Counted from the stretch's first letter, positions 19,844 to 30,929 are shown. The stretch: 64,000 nucleotides of DNA from Clostridia bacterium (GCA_036652795.1 JAVVVD010000001.1:230156-294155); one strand, 5' to 3'. Notes: generated by a model from the sequence alone, not told the origin. Translations and numbers: made by a program.

Positions 19844-21832
19844 ATGCCGGAACGTATGCGAGAGCTTGTTGACAGGCTCAACGAATATGCCAAGGCATAC
19901 TATGTAATGGATGCTCCCATGATAAGCGATGAGGAGTACGATGCATTATTTGACGAATTGCTTACCATGGAAAAACAGTGCGGTATAGTCCTTCAGGATT
20001 CTCCGACGGTGCGCGTGGGCGGAGAGGCTTTGAGCGCATTTGTGCAGCATAAGCATATCGCGCGCTTATGGAGCATGGACAAGGTTAAAACATGTCAAGA
20101 ACTGCTGGATTGGGCTGTACGGGCAGATAAGCTGCGGATGGAATATAACCGTATAAACACGACTGAACTGCCGATACTTAGTTATGCGCTTGAATATAAG
20201 TTTGATGGACTTACAATAAACCTGACATATAATGACGGTAATTTGGTTGCTGGCGCTACGCGTGGCAACGGAATAGTAGGCGAGGATATACTGCCACAGA
20301 TAAAGACTATACAGTCAATACCGCTGACAATACCATTTAAAGGAATGATGGAGGTGCAGGGCGAATGCCTGATGCACCTGTCTGTGCTAGAAAAAATAAA
20401 CAAGAGCACGGACGATACACTTAAAAATGCGCGTAACGCAGCGGCAGGCGCGCTGCGCAACCTTGATCCGCAGATAACCGCAAAGCGAAAATTGGATTGC
20501 TTTTGCTATAACATTGGGTATATCGAAGGGATGAAGCTTGATGAACAAACGACTATGCTGGAATTTTTAAGGCAAAACGGTCTGCCTACGAGCTCTTTTA
20601 TTAAAACAGAAACGGATATAACCGCGATATTCAATCACATATTGCAGGCAGAGGCTGATCGAGACAGCTTAGATTTTTTGATAGACGGAATGGTAATCAA
20701 ACTGCGTGATTTCGCAACACGTGAAGCACTGGGTACAACAGACCGTTTTCCACGATGGGCAACAGCATATAAATTTGCAGCGGAGGAAACCACCACCGTA
20801 ATACGTGATGTAACATGGGAGGTGGGGCGCACAGGCAAGCTTACGCCACGCGCACATCTGGATGCCGTTGAGCTTTCAGGCGCTACAATATCCCATGCAA
20901 CGCTAAACAATTGGGATGATATTCAGCGTAAGCATGTAGGCATAGGGTCGCGTGTTTTTATACGGCGCAGCAATGATGTGATACCAGAGATACTTTCGGC
21001 TGTGACGGGGGACGTGCCTAAATGTGCCGTAAAAAAACCGCAGCATTGCCCTGCGTGTGGATCACATGTGGAGCAGCGTGGTGCAAATATATTCTGCACG
21101 AACTCGCTTTCATGTAAGCCACAGATAGCCGGCAGGCTTACACATTACGCTTCACGTGACGCTATGGATATAGAGATGTTTTCAGAAAAAACAGCGGCTC
21201 TATTTGTTGATAAGCTTAACATAAACAGCATTCCTGATCTGTATGATCTGAAAGCAAATGATTGTCTTACGTTGTATGGGTTTGCTAGCAAAAAGGCGGA
21301 TAAACTGATTGATGAGATAGATCGCTCAAAGGATTGCAGCCTAGGCGCATTTTTGTTTGCTATCGGCATACCGAACGTTGGAATAAAGACGGCGCGCGAT
21401 CTTGCAAGACGGTTTAAAACATTTGATGCGGTGCGCAGAGCCGGATATGATGAACTTACAGATGTTACAGATGTTGGCGATGTTGTAGCAACTAGTATAA
21501 TGAGCTTTTTTGCAGATGATTTAATAACCGAACAGCTGGATAGGCTGCTTGCACACGGAGTAAAGCCGCATGATGAAGAAGAAAAACTTACAATATCACC
21601 TATTAATGGTAAAACTATAGTTGTTACAGGTAGTATGTCGCGCATGGACAGAGCGACAATAAAAAAACTTATAGAGGATCTTGGCGGCAAGGCTACAGGT
21701 AGTGTGAGCAAAAAAACAGACTATGTGGTTGCCGGAGAAAACGCCGGTAGCAAGCTGGCAAATGCAGTTGCGCTCGGTGTATGCGTTCTTACCGAGGATG
21801 AATTTTTTGAATTGACAGGAGAGGCCGAATGA
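19844..21832 (+). CDS. ligA: NAD-dependent DNA ligase
   Basis: EYKFDG, RNAAAG, WEVGRTG, Zn finger, C-terminal BRCT (SVSKKTDYVVAGENAGSKL). Confidence 0.97.
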   Translation: MPERMRELVDRLNEYAKAYYVMDAPMISDEEYDALFDELLTMEKQCGIVLQDSPTVRVGGEALSAFVQHKHIARLWSMDKVKTCQELLDWAVRADKLRMEYNRINTTELPILSYALEYKFDGLTINLTYNDGNLVAGATRGNGIVGEDILPQIKTIQSIPLTIPFKGMMEVQGECLMHLSVLEKINKSTDDTLKNARNAAAGALRNLDPQITAKRKLDCFCYNIGYIEGMKLDEQTTMLEFLRQNGLPTSSFIKTETDITAIFNHILQAEADRDSLDFLIDGMVIKLRDFATREALGTTDRFPRWATAYKFAAEETTTVIRDVTWEVGRTGKLTPRAHLDAVELSGATISHATLNNWDDIQRKHVGIGSRVFIRRSNDVIPEILSAVTGDVPKCAVKKPQHCPACGSHVEQRGANIFCTNSLSCKPQIAGRLTHYASRDAMDIEMFSEKTAALFVDKLNINSIPDLYDLKANDCLTLYGFASKKADKLIDEIDRSKDCSLGAFLFAIGIPNVGIKTARDLARRFKTFDAVRRAGYDELTDVTDVGDVVATSIMSFFADDLITEQLDRLLAHGVKPHDEEEKLTISPINGKTIVVTGSMSRMDRATIKKLIEDLGGKATGSVSKKTDYVVAGENAGSKLANAVALGVCVLTEDEFFELTGEAE

Positions 21833-22794
21833 GATTGGGGAAATTGGATAATGAGCAGCTTGAAAGATTGATATTAAGCAAGTTCAGCCATACGCGCGAA
21901 GAAGTTGTTCTTTCGCCGCGTATAGGTGTGGATTGTACGGCACTGGACCTTGGCGGAAAGCTCGCAGTGCTGTCCACCGATCCAATAACATCGGCGGATA
22001 ATAACATTGGAAGGCTTACAGTGCATGTTTGCTGCAACGATGCCGCCGCTGCCGGTGCAGAGCCGGTCGGCTTGCTGGTAACACTGCTTGTGCCGCCCAC
22101 GAGTACACAGGAGGATATTGGCAGGGTGGCGGATGAGCTTGCGGAAGCGTCGCAGCTTGCGGGAATAGATATAATAGGAGGTCATACCGAGGTTACGGAT
22201 TCAGTAACACGTATGGTCACCTGCGCAACAGTGATAGCCAAGGCGACTGCGGATAGAATCATTACATCAGGGGGGATGAAACCAGGGGATGATATAGTGC
22301 TAACGAAACATGCCGGACTGGAAGGCGCCGCGGTGATAGCCGAGGATTTTGCAGACAGGCTTACACAAATAGCTCCTTTGGAGTTGGCAGAGGCGAGAAG
22401 CTTTGCAAACAGCCTTAGTGTAGTTAAGGAAGGATTGTTTGCTGCCGCTCACTCTGCAAGCGCAATGCACGATGTAACCGAGGGCGGCGTGATGGGAGCT
22501 TTGTGGGAGATGGCGCACGCCTCAGGATGCGGTGTACGGGTCAAGTCTGCAAATATACCGGTGCACCCGGCCACATCGCATATATGCGCCGCGTTAGGAC
22601 TTGATCCTCTGCGTCTGCTCTCAAGCGGATGTATGCTGATTTCCTGCCCTGACGGCAAATATCTGGTGCAAGAACTTCTTACGATTGGTATAGCTGCTAA
22701 GCTGATTGGTGTAGCAACCGAGGATAGTGCAGTGATATGTGACGAAGCTGTTGTTATGCCTCCGCAAGCTGATGAGCTGTATAAACTATTTTGA
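21829..22794 (+). CDS. AIR synthase (PurM-like/HypE-like) family protein
   Basis: STDPIT, ND..A.GAEP, GGHTEVT, MHDVTEGG, LSSGCML. Confidence 0.8.
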   Translation: MRLGKLDNEQLERLILSKFSHTREEVVLSPRIGVDCTALDLGGKLAVLSTDPITSADNNIGRLTVHVCCNDAAAAGAEPVGLLVTLLVPPTSTQEDIGRVADELAEASQLAGIDIIGGHTEVTDSVTRMVTCATVIAKATADRIITSGGMKPGDDIVLTKHAGLEGAAVIAEDFADRLTQIAPLELAEARSFANSLSVVKEGLFAAAHSASAMHDVTEGGVMGALWEMAHASGCGVRVKSANIPVHPATSHICAALGLDPLRLLSSGCMLISCPDGKYLVQELLTIGIAAKLIGVATEDSAVICDEAVVMPPQADELYKLF

Positions 22795-22881
22795 GCTAGT
22801 TTTAATGCAGATGTTTATTAAATCTTAGGGATGTGTTATTATTTGTATAGTAGCGGATTCACATTAGATGGGGGTATATGC

Positions 22882-23760
22882 TTGGTTAATAGTATGACTG
22901 GATTTGGCCGTGCTACCGCTTGTATAGACGGTAGAGAGATAACGTTTGAGCTTAAGAGCGTGAATCATCGCTATCTGGATATAAGCTACCGTATGCCTAA
23001 GCATATTGGTTTTATTGAAGATGCGGTTCGTGCAGAGCTTAGTGACAAGCTTTCGCGTGGGCATGTGGATGTATACGTGAATTATCGCAATATGCGTGAG
23101 GATGCGCGCAAGGTGGAGATAGACACAACGTTGCTGGATGAATATATCAGCGCTGCGAGAGACGCTAACATCACCTTGAAATTGCAGGATGATATGACGC
23201 TTGCAAATGCGTTGCGTATGCCTGATGTAACAAATGTAATCGAAAATGAAGAAGACCGTGGTGCTGTGTGCGCTCTTGCCAGGACAGCTGTAAGCAATGC
23301 AATAGCTGAGCTTAAAGGTATGCGCGCGCAGGAGGGCAAGCACTTGCATGACGATCTGTATGAGCGGGCGAATATGGTAAAGGCGCTCGCTGAAAAAATA
23401 GCGCTGCGCGCCCCTGTGGTTGTTGATGAATATAAACTAAAGTTAAACGAGCGAATAGAGAAGCTGATCGGTTCAGTTGAAGTGGATAAGGCGAGATTGG
23501 CTACCGAGGTAGCTATATTTGCTGATAAGGCCAGCATAGATGAGGAGATAGTACGTCTGCGCAGTCACGTGGCGCAGATGCGCAAAGAATTGGACAGCGT
23601 AGAGCCGGCGGGACGAAAGCTTGATTTTATAGTTCAGGAAATGAACCGCGAATTCAACACAATAGGCTCAAAAGCGAATGATTCCGCCATAGTAGAGTTG
23701 GTAATATCCGGCAAGGCTGAAATTGAGAAGATTCGAGAGCAGGTACAGAACATAGAATAA
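22882..23760 (+). CDS. yicC: YicC/YloC family endoribonuclease
   Basis: SMTGFGR, SVNHRYLD, GRKLDFIVQEMNREFNTIGSK, REQVQNIE; likely TTG start at 22882. Confidence 0.93.
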   Translation: MVNSMTGFGRATACIDGREITFELKSVNHRYLDISYRMPKHIGFIEDAVRAELSDKLSRGHVDVYVNYRNMREDARKVEIDTTLLDEYISAARDANITLKLQDDMTLANALRMPDVTNVIENEEDRGAVCALARTAVSNAIAELKGMRAQEGKHLHDDLYERANMVKALAEKIALRAPVVVDEYKLKLNERIEKLIGSVEVDKARLATEVAIFADKASIDEEIVRLRSHVAQMRKELDSVEPAGRKLDFIVQEMNREFNTIGSKANDSAIVELVISGKAEIEKIREQVQNIE

Positions 23761-23796
23761 GCAATGACGGATGATATGCGAAATTGGGAGGGGCGT

Positions 23797-24417
23797 ATGC
23801 ACACACAAAAAGAAGGTTTATTGGTAGTCATATCTGGACCTTCCGGAGTAGGCAAAGGAGCTATATTCAAAGGACTGATGCAGCGGAATCCAGGCATTAA
23901 ATTTTCTGTATCCGCAACTACCAGAGCACCGCGTCCTGGTGAGGTAGATGGGAGAGACTATCGCTTCATGCCTGTTGAAAAGTTCGAAAACATGATAACG
24001 AATGATGAGTTTTTAGAGTATACAAACGTATTTGGCACTCACTATTATGGCACGCCTAAGGAAACTGTGCGCAGGGAAATGGATGCAGGCAACGATATAG
24101 TGCTTGAGATAGATGTACGCGGCGCAATGAACATAAAACGTGTATGCAGTAAAGCAGTGGCGATATTTATAGCACCACCATCTATGCAGATCCTAAAATC
24201 TCGCCTTGTGGGGCGCCATACAGAAACGCAGGAAGCAATAGAACGCAGATTTAAACGGGCTTATGAAGAAATGAAGTGCATTGAACAGTATGATTATATT
24301 GTGATAAACGATGTTTTGGATACAGCGGTGTCACAGGTGGAGAGCATAATAATTGCGGAACATGCGAGTGTATGCCGCAATGCCGCATTGGTAAAGGAAT
24401 TGCAAGGAGGAAATTAA
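23797..24417 (+). CDS. gmk: Guanylate kinase
   Basis: SGPSGVGK, SVSATTR.PRPGEVDG.DY. Confidence 0.96.
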   Translation: MHTQKEGLLVVISGPSGVGKGAIFKGLMQRNPGIKFSVSATTRAPRPGEVDGRDYRFMPVEKFENMITNDEFLEYTNVFGTHYYGTPKETVRREMDAGNDIVLEIDVRGAMNIKRVCSKAVAIFIAPPSMQILKSRLVGRHTETQEAIERRFKRAYEEMKCIEQYDYIVINDVLDTAVSQVESIIIAEHASVCRNAALVKELQGGN

Positions 24418-24419
24418 TT

Positions 24420-24620
24420 ATGATGAACAATCCGCCGCTCAATGAGTTGCAGGACAAAGTTGGTTGCCGCTATATGCTGGTAACAGTTGTGGCTAAGCGA
24501 GCACGCCAGCTACTGGTAGATCCAGAAAGAACAGGTGATCAAAAACCTGTGCCGATGGCAGTGAACGAGTTATATAAAGACGAGCTTGATATACGCTATC
24601 CTGAGGAATATACGAAATGA
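24420..24620 (+). CDS. rpoZ: RNA polymerase omega subunit
   Basis: RYMLVTVVAKRARQL, KPV..AVNE; lies between gmk and coaBC. Confidence 0.92.
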   Translation: MMNNPPLNELQDKVGCRYMLVTVVAKRARQLLVDPERTGDQKPVPMAVNELYKDELDIRYPEEYTK

Positions 24621-25804
24621 AAAAAACAGTCGTGATGGGCGTTACTGGCTCTATTGCGGCTTATAAGGCATGCGATATAGTAAGCCGATTAAAAAAGCAC
24701 GACATTGATGTGCACATAATATTGACGCGCGCAGGTGCGGAGTTCATAACTCCACTAGCGCTAGAAACAATAAGCGGCAACCCCGTGATAACGGATATGT
24801 TCAATCGCACGACTCCATGGGAAGTGGAGCATGTTGCGCTTGCAAAACAGGCTGATGTGTTCCTAGTGGCTCCTGCAAGCGCAAATTTTTTGGCCAAAGC
24901 GTCAGTTGGCATAGCAGACGATATGCTCTTAACTACGCTGCTGGCTACGCATGCTGCATTGCTCATAGCTCCGGCGATGAATTCAAACATGTATCAAAAT
25001 GCTATTGTGCAACAGAACATGGCTGTGCTGCGTTCGCGTGGCGCAATATTTATACAGCCCGGTAATGGTATGCTTGCCTGTGGAGATACAGGAATAGGCC
25101 GATTGGCTGAAACTGATACAATAGTTGAAACCGTACTAGCTGCGATGAATAAAAAATCCGATCTTCTGGGTATGCGCATTATTGTAAGTGCAGGCCCAAC
25201 GCAGGAAAACATTGACCCTGTCAGATATATTACTAACCGTTCATCAGGCAAAATGGGTTATGCAATAGCGGAAGCGGCACAGGAGCGTGGCGCGCTTGTG
25301 ACGCTGATAAGCGGCCCAAGTGCACTCATCACACCGCATGGAGTGAAGCGTATAGACGTTGTGTCATCACATGATATGTTTGATGCCGTAAATGCAGAAT
25401 TTAAATCGTGTGACGTGCTTATTATGGCAGCAGCTCCTGCGGACTTTACGCCGGAATATAGCAATCAGAAGATAAAGAAAAACGGCCGCGATGGTCTCTC
25501 CATTGAACTTGCCGCCACGCAGGATATATTAGCATCGGTGGGAAAAAACAAAGGTAATAGAATACTTGTTGGATTTGCGGCAGAAACGCAGGATATAGCG
25601 GCAAATGCCATGAAAAAGCTTGCAAGTAAAAATCTGGATATGATCGCCGCGAACGACGTATCCGGTATGGAACTAGGATTTAAATCCGATTACAACCATG
25701 TTATGCTGTACATACGGGACGGTAGCTGTGCCGACAGCGGGATAGTTAGTAAACGTGAACTGGCAGATTGGCTGCTAGATAGGATTTTGAAATTGAATAA
25801 CTGA
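24617..25804 (+). CDS. coaBC: Bifunctional PPC decarboxylase/synthetase CoaBC
   Basis: GSIAAYK, APAMN, LACGD.G.GR, DPVRYITNRSSGKMG, VGFAAET. Confidence 0.96.
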   Translation: MKKTVVMGVTGSIAAYKACDIVSRLKKHDIDVHIILTRAGAEFITPLALETISGNPVITDMFNRTTPWEVEHVALAKQADVFLVAPASANFLAKASVGIADDMLLTTLLATHAALLIAPAMNSNMYQNAIVQQNMAVLRSRGAIFIQPGNGMLACGDTGIGRLAETDTIVETVLAAMNKKSDLLGMRIIVSAGPTQENIDPVRYITNRSSGKMGYAIAEAAQERGALVTLISGPSALITPHGVKRIDVVSSHDMFDAVNAEFKSCDVLIMAAAPADFTPEYSNQKIKKNGRDGLSIELAATQDILASVGKNKGNRILVGFAAETQDIAANAMKKLASKNLDMIAANDVSGMELGFKSDYNHVMLYIRDGSCADSGIVSKRELADWLLDRILKLNN

Positions 25805-25831
25805 TGGGGATTGCCCCTATAACATAGATAC

Positions 25832-25855
25832 AAAGAGGGCGTGGCCCTCTTTTTT
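25832..25855 (+). terminator. Intrinsic terminator after coaBC
   Basis: AAAGAGGGC-GTG-GCCCTCTTT followed by T residues. Confidence 0.7.
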
Positions 25856-25880
25856 ATAAAATATAGATTGAGGTGGTAGT

Positions 25881-28148
25881 ATGTATGCGCAGGTGATAGT
25901 GGATATAGCGAATGCTAACGTGGACAAGCTGTTCACCTATTCTGTACCGGAAGACATGCAGCTTGTTCAAGGTCAGCGCGTACTGGTACCGTTTGGCGCA
26001 GGTAATAAGCGCATAGAAGGTTTTGTGCTTGGGCTAATAGAAAATGCCCCAAACAATGATTATCATATAAAACCGGTGCTGCGTACTTTAGAGCCATACA
26101 GTGTACTGATGCCGGATCAGATTGAGCTTGCGAACTGGATAAAAGAGAGTTATCATTGTTTGCTTGTGGATGCGCTGAGACTTATGATACCGGCGCAACT
26201 GCGAGGCGGAAGAATAAAGGAAAAACTGACGCGCACGGTGTGTATAGCCGATGGACTAGATATAGTTGCAGCGCAGAGCACCTTGCTAAAAAAAGACGGC
26301 ACGCCAAAAGCGCCTGTGCAATACGAGGTGTTAAGACTGATTGGTGAAAGCAAGATGCCAATCAGCATAAATGATATAAATGCATTCATTCCAGGTGCGT
26401 CCACAGCTATAAGGGCACTTCTAACAAAAGGACTTATACAGGAACAAGGGCATACGACATTCCGCGACCCACTTGCTGGAATAAAGATGCATTCAACACA
26501 ACCACTGCAGCTTAATGCGGCACAACAGCACGCATACGAGACTATTGTGACGGCAATGCGCAAAGGTGAGGGTACACTGTTGCTGCACGGCGTAACAGGC
26601 AGTGGTAAAACAGAGGTATACATGCAGGCAATTGCTAACGCTATAAACGAAGGCGGCACAGCAATGGTACTCGTGCCAGAGATAGCACTTACGCCGCAGA
26701 CAATGGAACATTTTCGAAGTCGCTTTGGTGATAGTGTTGCGTTGCTGCACAGCCGCCTTTCTGCCGGCGAGCGATACGATGAGTGGCGCAGGATAAGGCT
26801 TAACAGGATAAAGGTTGTGGTTGGTGCAAGAAGCGCGGTATTTGCACCTCTTATAAACATAAAGCTGATAATCATTGATGAAGAGCATGAGCCTTCATAT
26901 CAATCTGAAATCACGCCACGCTACAATACGATAGAAACCGCGGCAAAGCGGTGCAGACTAAGCGGGGCTGCATTGGTATTGGGGAGCGCTACGCCGTCAA
27001 TAACAAGCTACCTAAGAGCAAAAAACGGCCAGTATGTATATATAGAACTACCAGAACGCGTGAATGATCTACCTATGCCAAGCGTTGAAATAGTGGACAT
27101 GCGGCAAGAGTTTATGTCCGGGAATACTACAATATTCAGCTCCGCGTTATACGAACGACTAAAGGTGTGCATAGCGGCTGGAGAACAAGCGATACTGTTC
27201 ATAAACCGTAGAGGTTATTCAACATTTGTATCATGCCGCGGTTGCGGCTATGTGATAAAATGTGCAGATTGTGATGTGTCTATGACGTACCACAAGCTGG
27301 ATGATAGGCTTAAGTGCCATTATTGCGGTAGATATATGCGTGTGCCGGATGTGTGTCCGGAGTGTGGGAAACCGTATCTTAAATACTTCGGCATAGGTAC
27401 GCAACAGGTTCAGGAGCAGCTTGAGCATGTGTTTCCGGGCACTACATCGCTTAGAATGGATATGGATACAACGCGCACAAAAAATTCCCATTATAATCTG
27501 CTGAGCAGCTTTTCAAAAGGGGATGCGCAGGTGCTAATTGGTACGCAGATGGTGGCGAAGGGGCTTGACATACCAAGTGTTACGCTTGTCGGCATAATAG
27601 CGGCAGACGCTACGTTGCATATACCGGATTATCGCAACAGTGAGCGCACATTCCAGCTAATAACACAAGTTGCGGGCCGTGCGGGAAGGGCTGAGTGGCC
27701 GGGGTATGTTGTGATACAAACCTATTCGCCTGAGCATCCGGCTATAACGTTGGCCGCGAAACATGATTATAAGGGGTTTTACGAGCATGAAATAATTGCC
27801 AGACGTATGGCGATGTTTCCACCGTTTTCGCTGTTTGTGAGGGCAATGTTTGTTGGCGAGGACGAAGCACAGATCAGCGATGAGGCGCACAGCTTTATGT
27901 GCGGGTTAAAGGCATGTATTGAGGAAGCGCTAATAGCAGCAGGCGGAGATATACGGGAACTGCTAATGTTAGTAGATATGCCTTCGCCGGTGAAGCGCAA
28001 ACAAAAGCTTTTCCGCTATCAGGTGTTGTTAAAGCTCGCACGCACAAAGCATACATCCGGGATAATAAGGCGGACGTATGCGTTTTCGGATACATATAGA
28101 ACCGAGCATTTTGCTGGACTTGAGATAAATCCGGCAAGCATGTTCTGA
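25881..28148 (+). CDS. priA: Primosomal protein N' (PriA)
   Basis: GVTGSGKTEVY, LVPEIALTPQ, DEEH, Cys-rich Zn region, QVAGRAGR. Confidence 0.97.
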   Translation: MYAQVIVDIANANVDKLFTYSVPEDMQLVQGQRVLVPFGAGNKRIEGFVLGLIENAPNNDYHIKPVLRTLEPYSVLMPDQIELANWIKESYHCLLVDALRLMIPAQLRGGRIKEKLTRTVCIADGLDIVAAQSTLLKKDGTPKAPVQYEVLRLIGESKMPISINDINAFIPGASTAIRALLTKGLIQEQGHTTFRDPLAGIKMHSTQPLQLNAAQQHAYETIVTAMRKGEGTLLLHGVTGSGKTEVYMQAIANAINEGGTAMVLVPEIALTPQTMEHFRSRFGDSVALLHSRLSAGERYDEWRRIRLNRIKVVVGARSAVFAPLINIKLIIIDEEHEPSYQSEITPRYNTIETAAKRCRLSGAALVLGSATPSITSYLRAKNGQYVYIELPERVNDLPMPSVEIVDMRQEFMSGNTTIFSSALYERLKVCIAAGEQAILFINRRGYSTFVSCRGCGYVIKCADCDVSMTYHKLDDRLKCHYCGRYMRVPDVCPECGKPYLKYFGIGTQQVQEQLEHVFPGTTSLRMDMDTTRTKNSHYNLLSSFSKGDAQVLIGTQMVAKGLDIPSVTLVGIIAADATLHIPDYRNSERTFQLITQVAGRAGRAEWPGYVVIQTYSPEHPAITLAAKHDYKGFYEHEIIARRMAMFPPFSLFVRAMFVGEDEAQISDEAHSFMCGLKACIEEALIAAGGDIRELLMLVDMPSPVKRKQKLFRYQVLLKLARTKHTSGIIRRTYAFSDTYRTEHFAGLEINPASMF

Positions 28149-28210
28149 CTTGTGTTGTATAATGCAGATAAGATATAATCATACGATTGGTATATTATGG
28201 AGGAAACGGT

Positions 28211-28699
28211 ATGGCAAAGAGAACGATATTTACACAGGATGCACCATGCTTGCACAAGAAATGCAGGCCGGTAGATAACTTCGACAGCAAGCTCAATGAA
28301 CTGTTGGATGATATGGCCGAAACGCTTTATGACGCAGAGGGCGTTGGCCTTGCCGCGCCGCAAATAGGTATACTCAGGCGAATAACAGTTATTGACGCGG
28401 GTGGCGGGCTTGTAGAAATGATAAACCCAGAAATAATAGAGACGTCAGGTGAGCAGGGCTGCATGGAAGGTTGCCTTTCAGTGCCTGGTAAAAGCGGATA
28501 TGTCCTGCGCCCCAACAATGTAAAAGCACGGGCGTATAACCGAAACGGCGAACTTGTGGAATACGAAGCCGAAGGCCTTTTTGCTCGTGCCATAATGCAC
28601 GAGACGGACCATTTGGATGGGCTTATATATACGAGACTTGTAACTGAACCGCCTGAAGGCTATGGCGAGGATGACGATGATGATGCGGAGGACATTTGA
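28211..28699 (+). CDS. def: Peptide deformylase
   Basis: GVGLAAPQIG, EGCLS, HETDHL. Confidence 0.97.
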   Translation: MAKRTIFTQDAPCLHKKCRPVDNFDSKLNELLDDMAETLYDAEGVGLAAPQIGILRRITVIDAGGGLVEMINPEIIETSGEQGCMEGCLSVPGKSGYVLRPNNVKARAYNRNGELVEYEAEGLFARAIMHETDHLDGLIYTRLVTEPPEGYGEDDDDDAEDI

Positions 28700-29625
28700 T
28701 GAGGATAGCGTTTTTAGGCACTCCGGATTTTGCACTACCATCATTGCGCATGTTGATACAGCGTGGCGATGAACTGTGCGTGTTCACGCAGCCAGATAGG
28801 CCAAAGGGCAGGCATGGAACGCTTACACCGCCACCTGTTAAAGTGCTTGCGGAGCAGCATGGCATACCAGTATATCAATTTGATAAGATACGCTTGCCAG
28901 AGGGGGTTGAGGCGCTTACAGCGTTTGCGCCGGATCTTATGGTAACGGCGGCATTTGGCCAGATACTTTCACAGGAGAATTTGGATATACCCAAGCACGG
29001 CTGCATCAACGTACATGGCAGTCTACTTCCTCAATACCGTGGTGCAGCACCTATACAATGGGCCGTAATCAATGGGGAAAGGGTGACTGGGATTACCACA
29101 ATGCTTACGGATGCGGGGCTGGATACTGGTGATATACTGCTTCAGAGAGAGGTAGAGATATACGAGAATGAAACATCAGGCGAGCTATTTGACAGGATGG
29201 CAGATATAGGAGCACGGGTGTTGCTTGATACAATTGCAGCGCTCGAAGGTGGAACGCTAAAGCGTATGCCGCAGGATAGCGCACGTGCCACAAAGTGCCG
29301 GATGATAAAAAAAGATATGGCGAAGATTGATTTTTCACTTCCGCACAAGCAAATACACAACTTTGTGCGTGGAATGAATCCGTGGCCGGTAGCATTTTTC
29401 GAGCTTGATGGTGAACAGGTAAAGCTGTATTCAACCAGACTCACTCAGTATGCCGGCAATGGACGAATAGGCGAATGTGTTAGCACAGACCCAAAAGAAG
29501 GCGTGTTCGTAAATACTGGTGACGGCTTACTAGAACTGCTTGAGCTGCAATTTCCAGGCGCAAAGCGTATGGATGCGAGAACATGTGCGCACGGCCGCTC
29601 GCTTGCGGGCAGGCTGTTAAAATGA
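28696..29625 (+). CDS. fmt: Methionyl-tRNA formyltransferase
   Basis: GTPDFA, TQPDRP.GR, NVHGSLLP.YRGAAPI. Confidence 0.97.
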   Translation: MMRIAFLGTPDFALPSLRMLIQRGDELCVFTQPDRPKGRHGTLTPPPVKVLAEQHGIPVYQFDKIRLPEGVEALTAFAPDLMVTAAFGQILSQENLDIPKHGCINVHGSLLPQYRGAAPIQWAVINGERVTGITTMLTDAGLDTGDILLQREVEIYENETSGELFDRMADIGARVLLDTIAALEGGTLKRMPQDSARATKCRMIKKDMAKIDFSLPHKQIHNFVRGMNPWPVAFFELDGEQVKLYSTRLTQYAGNGRIGECVSTDPKEGVFVNTGDGLLELLELQFPGAKRMDARTCAHGRSLAGRLLK

Positions 29626-30929
29626 GTATACGCAGGAGGGCGCTGGACGCGCTTATAGATATTACGGATAACGGGGCGTATGCAAACCTTCGTCTTAAAG
29701 CGTTGCCGCGCGATATGCAGGAGCGGGATATTGCGTGGATAAACGCGGCGGTATATACGACGCTGGAACATTTGCTGTATATTGACCATGTGTTAAAGCA
29801 CTTTACCAACGGTAAGATTAATCGTGTTATACGTGGCATATTGCGGCTTGGCATATGCCAGCTACTATATATGGATGTGCCACAGAGCGCCGTATGCAAC
29901 GAGAGCGTAAAGCTTGCAAAAGAAACCGGCAAGGGTGCGCTCAGCAGCTTTGTGAATGGGGTAATGCGCAGTATATGCCGTAGCTTTGATGATTTGCCAC
30001 CGCTGCCAACAGAAATACGCGATCGTCTAAGTATACAATACAGCTATCCACATTATATTGTGGATGAATATCTACATTTCTATGGGGCAGAGTTCACAGA
30101 GACAATGCTTTCATCATGCAACCTGCGCGGTATGACAATACGCGCACAATACCCATACAGTACGCATGAGCTTGCGCAGAATCTTGACCAACGGAAAATT
30201 AAATATGCACGCGGCAGTGTCGTGCCGGATGCATTCAAGTTGGAAAATGGAATTGATGTAACTGCTGAGACATTGTTTATTGAAGGTAAAATAACGGTAC
30301 AGAGTGAAGGAGCTATGCTAGCAAGTATGGCGCTTGGAATACAACCTGGTATGCATGTATTGGATGCGTGTGCTGCACCCGGTGGAAAGAGCGCATATAT
30401 ATCACATCTTATGTGTGGAGATGGAAGCATTGTTGCATGGGAACTGCATGAACACCGTGCAGAGTTGATGGACAAAACGCTGCATAGGCTTAATGTATTG
30501 AACGTGCAAACACAGGTACGCGATGCATCGGTATTTGATCCGGAATACGAACGCTGCTTTGATGCGGTTCTGGTGGATGCGCCGTGCTCAGGCCTTGGCA
30601 TTACGGGTAAGCCAGATGCTAGATATTCTAAAAGTGCAGCAATAATAATTAACCTTGCACAGATACAATCAGCAATATTGGATACGTGCGCACGCTATGT
30701 TAGACCTGGTGGTGTACTGGTCTATTCGACATGTACAGTATCCAACCAAGAAAACGAAGCGCAAGCAGAGGCCTTTTTACATGGTCATACTCAATTTAAA
30801 CCTGGAAGCATGGCAGATATTGTACATGAATCTCAAAGAAAACGTGCGGAAAGCGGCACCATGCAACTTTTTCCGCATCTGGACGGCACTGAAGGATTTT
30901 TCATAGCAAAATTCAGAAGGGAAGTATAA
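29622..30929 (+). CDS. rsmB: 16S rRNA m5C967 methyltransferase RsmB (Sun)
   Basis: NusB-like N-terminus, DACAAPGGKS, DAPCSGLG, YSTCT, GFFIA. Confidence 0.94.
   Translation: MSIRRRALDALIDITDNGAYANLRLKALPRDMQERDIAWINAAVYTTLEHLLYIDHVLKHFTNGKINRVIRGILRLGICQLLYMDVPQSAVCNESVKLAKETGKGALSSFVNGVMRSICRSFDDLPPLPTEIRDRLSIQYSYPHYIVDEYLHFYGAEFTETMLSSCNLRGMTIRAQYPYSTHELAQNLDQRKIKYARGSVVPDAFKLENGIDVTAETLFIEGKITVQSEGAMLASMALGIQPGMHVLDACAAPGGKSAYISHLMCGDGSIVAWELHEHRAELMDKTLHRLNVLNVQTQVRDASVFDPEYERCFDAVLVDAPCSGLGITGKPDARYSKSAAIIINLAQIQSAILDTCARYVRPGGVLVYSTCTVSNQENEAQAEAFLHGHTQFKPGSMADIVHESQRKRAESGTMQLFPHLDGTEGFFIAKFRREV

Noticed and set aside
21829-22794. Selenophosphate synthetase SelD
   Set aside because: No N-terminal Cys/Sec-x-x-Lys motif and no DFF motif.
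28664-28692. GAT/GAC trinucleotide run at the end of def
   Set aside because: It simply encodes an acidic tail (EDDDDDAE); too short and impure for a contingency repeat.
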